Program-made: the position numbers and the translations under genes
Assembly (NCBI GenBank): GCA_014800785.1
Contig: JAAVFK010000008.1
Coordinates: 14,074 to 69,788, forward strand
DNA length: 55,715 nt
Source: Bacteroidales bacterium
GTDB taxonomy: Bacteria; Bacteroidota; Bacteroidia; Bacteroidales; Muribaculaceae
Direction of reading: 5' to 3'
The notes under the pieces: model-generated
Seen by the model: the letters and a program-made list of their open reading frames with translations, nothing else
The model's database searches: none
Told to the model about the DNA's origin: nothing
Shown: in pieces, positions 53,090 to 55,715 of the stretch
How the letters are laid out: every line of letters starts with the position of its first letter
Numbering within the stretch: the first letter of the stretch is position 1

Positions 53090-54414
53090 ACAAGAAGATA
53101 ACGCTTCCGAAAGCGGCGAGAATGATGGCGGATGCTTCAGGTTTGACCATGCGCCAGTGTGAAGATTTTCTCAAGTCTCTCGCCGAGATAGTAACGGAGA
53201 CCCTCTCCGAAGGGGAATCTATCAAGGTGAAAGGTCTCGGAACTTTCCGCCTTACTCGTGTGGACGCGCGTCGGAGTATCGACGTTGCTTCCGGAGAACC
53301 AACAGAAATAGCTGAACACTCAAAGGTAGTGTTCGTGCCTTGTAAAGAGATGGCCGCCGAGGTCAATTCTCCCTTCGAGTTTTTCGAAGCTGTTGAACTC
53401 GACGATTCGGTAAACGAGGAGGATCTGGACGCTATAGGATCTGATGATACGGATGATATATTCGGAGGTCGTGAAGACAATCCGGAAGATGCGAACATCG
53501 AAGAAAAGGAGACACAAACTCTAACTGAAGAAGTGTCAGAATCTCGTGGCTCCGAATCCGTGGTGACCTATTCCGAAGAGGAATATACGGAGACAACTGA
53601 CGAACAGCCGATACCCGAGCTCGCGTCTCTGCACGTGCCGGAGGCGGAAAATGAACCGGATTTGCAGGCTGAAGGTTCTGTCGAACCGGAGACAGCCGTC
53701 GAGCAGGAACCCGATAGAGCAGATGAGTCAATAAGAGAGTCCGTAAATCTCTCCGAAGCAGAAGCAGTTTCTCAAGCTACTGAAAACGCGGAGCCTGCAA
53801 ATATCGTAGATGATGAATATGTTGCTCCCGTAAAGGATAAGAGCTTCCGGTTCGGTCGAGGCTTTATCGTTGGTTTTGCGGTCTGTCTGGTTGCGGTAGC
53901 TATCGGCATGGGGATTGCGTTTGCCTATATGTTCGGTAAGATGCAGAGTGCTCAGCGCGATTCCGAAACTCCGGTTATGGCTGAAAACGTGGTTGTCGTC
54001 TCGGATGAGGCCGTTCGGATTGAAGAAGCCGGAGCTGTGAAGGATACAGCCGTAGATGGTGATGCCCGAACATCCGGATCGGCGAAAGAATCCGGAGTAG
54101 GGGAGAGTGCCAAAGTAAGCAGTGGGGATGTCCCCACCGAAGCATCCGATGTACCTAAAGCGGAGAAACCGGTATATGACACCATCACCAAAACCCGCTA
54201 TCTGACAACTATGGCCAAAGAGCATTATGGCGATTTCAATCTGTGGCCCTACATATATGAGGAGAACAAGGCTATTCTCGGCCATCCCGACCGAATTCGC
54301 CCGGGAACCAAAGTTGTGATTCCACCCTTGTCGAAATACGGAGTCACCGTGACCCCGGCAGCAATTGAAAAAGCCAAACGTCTCGGAACGGCGATCTACG
54401 CTCGCTACGAGTGA
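53086..54414 (+). CDS. HU-domain protein with acidic linker, TM segment and LysM-like C-terminus
   Basis: N-terminal VKGLGTFRLTRVDARRSIDVASGEPTEIAEHSKVVFVPCKEM, an acidic repeat region and the TM segment FIVGFAVCLVAVAIGMGIAFAYMF. The C-terminus is TRYLTTMAKEHYGDFNLWPYIYEENKAILGHPDRIRPGTKVVIP. ATGA overlap with hup. Confidence 0.7.
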   Translation: MNKKITLPKAARMMADASGLTMRQCEDFLKSLAEIVTETLSEGESIKVKGLGTFRLTRVDARRSIDVASGEPTEIAEHSKVVFVPCKEMAAEVNSPFEFFEAVELDDSVNEEDLDAIGSDDTDDIFGGREDNPEDANIEEKETQTLTEEVSESRGSESVVTYSEEEYTETTDEQPIPELASLHVPEAENEPDLQAEGSVEPETAVEQEPDRADESIRESVNLSEAEAVSQATENAEPANIVDDEYVAPVKDKSFRFGRGFIVGFAVCLVAVAIGMGIAFAYMFGKMQSAQRDSETPVMAENVVVVSDEAVRIEEAGAVKDTAVDGDARTSGSAKESGVGESAKVSSGDVPTEASDVPKAEKPVYDTITKTRYLTTMAKEHYGDFNLWPYIYEENKAILGHPDRIRPGTKVVIPPLSKYGVTVTPAAIEKAKRLGTAIYARYE

Positions 54415-54435
54415 CGAAGCGCCTTGTGGTTTAAC

Positions 54436-54520
54436 ATTAGTACCGCAGGAGTTGCAGGCAACTCCTGCGGTACTAATGAAACAAAAAAAGAGAATCAAGT
54501 CCAAGGACTTGATTCTCTTT
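54436..54520. terminator. two consecutive hairpins, the second a bidirectional terminator
   Basis: A 19-bp stem ATTAGTACCGCAGGAGTTGC/GCAACTCCTGCGGTACTAAT lies at 54436-54477. AAAGAGAATCAAGTC/GACTTGATTCTCTTT (54487-54520) is flanked by A- and T-runs. Confidence 0.6.
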
Positions 54521-54522
54521 TG

Positions 54523-54593
54523 AGGTTCCAACCAGATTCGAACTGGTGTGAACGGTTTTGCAGACCGGTACCTAACCACTCGGACATGGAACC
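54523..54593 (-). tRNA. tRNA-Cys (anticodon GCA)
   Basis: The reverse complement is GGTTCCATGTCCGAGTGGTTAGGTACCGGTCTGCAAAACCGTTCACACCAGTTCGAATCTGGTTGGAACCT. The acceptor (GGTTCCA/TGGAACC) and T arm (ACCAG-TTCGAAT-CTGGT) are perfect and the loop is CTGCAAA. The D stem is weak in my hand fold. Confidence 0.75.
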
Positions 54594-54670
54594 ATCATTG
54601 CAAAGTTTACTTCCCGGCGGCCGGCGGATCCTTGCCTTGGTGACATCGGGTTGTTTCCCTTTTGCGAGTG

Positions 54671-54678
54671 CAAAGTTA
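54671..54678 (-). promoter_or_regulatory. -7 box TAACTTTG for tRNA-Cys
   Basis: Lies within the 21-nt block 54660-54680, identical to 4722-4742 upstream of tRNA-Met. Confidence 0.4.
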
Positions 54679-54855
54679 GAGCTTTTTTTTGACTCGGCCA
54701 AATTTTTCGCAAAAATTTTTTTCAACCGCTCCATTTTATTAATTTTGTAATGTGAAGTGGTGCCCCCTGATCTATGGTGTCCATCGGTTCCTGCCGTATG
54801 GGTTCCTGCGACGCTTTCCTGGTCATTGAGTCGGTGTCCACCCCTTCTTCTATAT

Positions 54856-55715
54856 ATGTCTGACAACACTAAACCTGACATCTTGCGGTCCAGCTCTCCG
54901 CTTTTCAATTCGATATGGCCACCCATACTGTGGGTTGTCATAGCATTGGTGCCGCTCTTTTTCGTGCGTGATTTCCTGCCCGCTAACGAACTGCGCTATA
55001 TCAGCATAGCCGATGAAGCGCTTGCCAACGGGCAGATATTTGCGTTTACAAACCAGGGAATGCCATACGCTGACAAACCACCTTTGTATATGTGGCTCGT
55101 TATCATCTCGCGATGGATTGCCGGCGACAATTGTCTGTGGCTCATCTCCCTCTTCTCATTGATTCCGGCGGTTGTTATTGTTCTGGTTATGAACAAGTGG
55201 AGCGCCTCCTTCCTTCCGGCCCCTTTCCGCCCTATGGCCGCGATGCTTCTTCTGACCTGCGGTCTGTTTACGGGAATGATGGTCACGCTTCGCATGGATA
55301 TGTTGATGACCATGTGGATCGTGCTGCCTCTCTATGAATTTTATAAATGGACGAAAGAAAACAATCCTTCCGGACGAACCAAATGGCTTTTCCCGATTTA
55401 TGTATTCCTCGCCATTTTCACGAAAGGACCGATGGGTTTCCTTATACCTCTCGTCGGTACTGCGGTCTACCTTTTCGTCATAGGAGAACTGAAGAGCTGG
55501 TTCAGATATTGGAACTGGCGCACATGGCTCCTCCTGCTCGGACTCTGTGCGATATGGTTCTCGGGCGTATATCTTGACGGAGGCAAGGAGTATCTGGACA
55601 ATCTTCTGTTCCATCAGACCATGGATCGCGCCGTTAATTCGTTCCATCACAAGCGTCCCTTCCATTACTACTTCACATCTATGTGGTACACCTTCATGCC
55701 CTGGGCTTTTCTTGT
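54856..55715 (+). CDS. ArnT-like family-39 glycosyltransferase (PMT_2), 3' end beyond the window
   Basis: My own translation from the ATG at 54856 reads MSDNTKPDILRSS...ELRYISIADEALANGQIFAFTNQGMPYADKPPLYMWLVIISRW...FTKGPMGFLIPLVG. The frame stays open to the window end, so it is absent from the ORF track. Confidence 0.75.
   Translation, partial: MSDNTKPDILRSSSPLFNSIWPPILWVVIALVPLFFVRDFLPANELRYISIADEALANGQIFAFTNQGMPYADKPPLYMWLVIISRWIAGDNCLWLISLFSLIPAVVIVLVMNKWSASFLPAPFRPMAAMLLLTCGLFTGMMVTLRMDMLMTMWIVLPLYEFYKWTKENNPSGRTKWLFPIYVFLAIFTKGPMGFLIPLVGTAVYLFVIGELKSWFRYWNWRTWLLLLGLCAIWFSGVYLDGGKEYLDNLLFHQTMDRAVNSFHHKRPFHYYFTSMWYTFMPWAFL

Noticed and set aside
53728-54579. 283-aa - strand ORF opposite the HU-domain/LysM gene, running into tRNA-Cys.
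   Set aside because: It is antisense to a gene with clear HU and LysM-like motifs, and it overlaps a tRNA and two terminator hairpins.

Overview
The window is a Bacteroidota (Bacteroidales-type) chromosome segment. This call rests on recurrent TAnnTTTG -7 promoter boxes, two proteins with T9SS C-terminal sorting domains, an HU/HU-LysM gene pair and a tryptophanase gene. It has three parts. (1) 1-19.2 kb is host core: rpsP 3' end, two identical tandem tRNA-Glu, a MurB-MBL fusion, a Crp/Fnr-like regulator, tRNA-Met, a nucleoside:H+ symporter, rsmE, a TPR protein, an M23/LysM peptidase, ndk, an MscS channel, two T9SS cargo proteins, tnaA and a TraB/GumN protein. (2) 19207-52801 is a ~33.6-kb integrated temperate tailed prophage. 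It is bounded by a perfect 19-bp direct repeat that contains the -7 promoter box of the downstream HU gene. Its integrase is on the + strand at the left end and a CI-like repressor on the + strand at the right end, with everything between on the - strand: early/replication module, ClpP-like protease-scaffold, capsid, terminase, portal, fibre/BspA-LRR cluster, endolysin plus spanin-like gene, tape measure. (3) 52.8-55.7 kb is host again: HU, HU-domain/LysM membrane protein, tRNA-Cys, and the 5' part of an ArnT-like GT39 glycosyltransferase. The best candidates for something undescribed are all inside the prophage. (a) A ~1.4-kb protein-free gap (26983-28368) splits the late region. Its G+C-rich half consists of tandem ~150-nt units that fold by hand into nested helices and a pseudoknot-like junction, with substitutions between copies that mostly preserve pairing. 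(b) A self-contained antisense transcription unit at 32892-33071 has a canonical -33/-7 promoter and an intrinsic terminator but no convincing ORF. (c) A translationally coupled cassette (unknown 169-aa protein, ComF-type phosphoribosyltransferase, single-HKD PLD-like protein) sits between the capsid and terminase genes. All functional calls come from motif recognition in the supplied translations. No database search was possible, so family assignments and every RNA-structure claim need computational confirmation.
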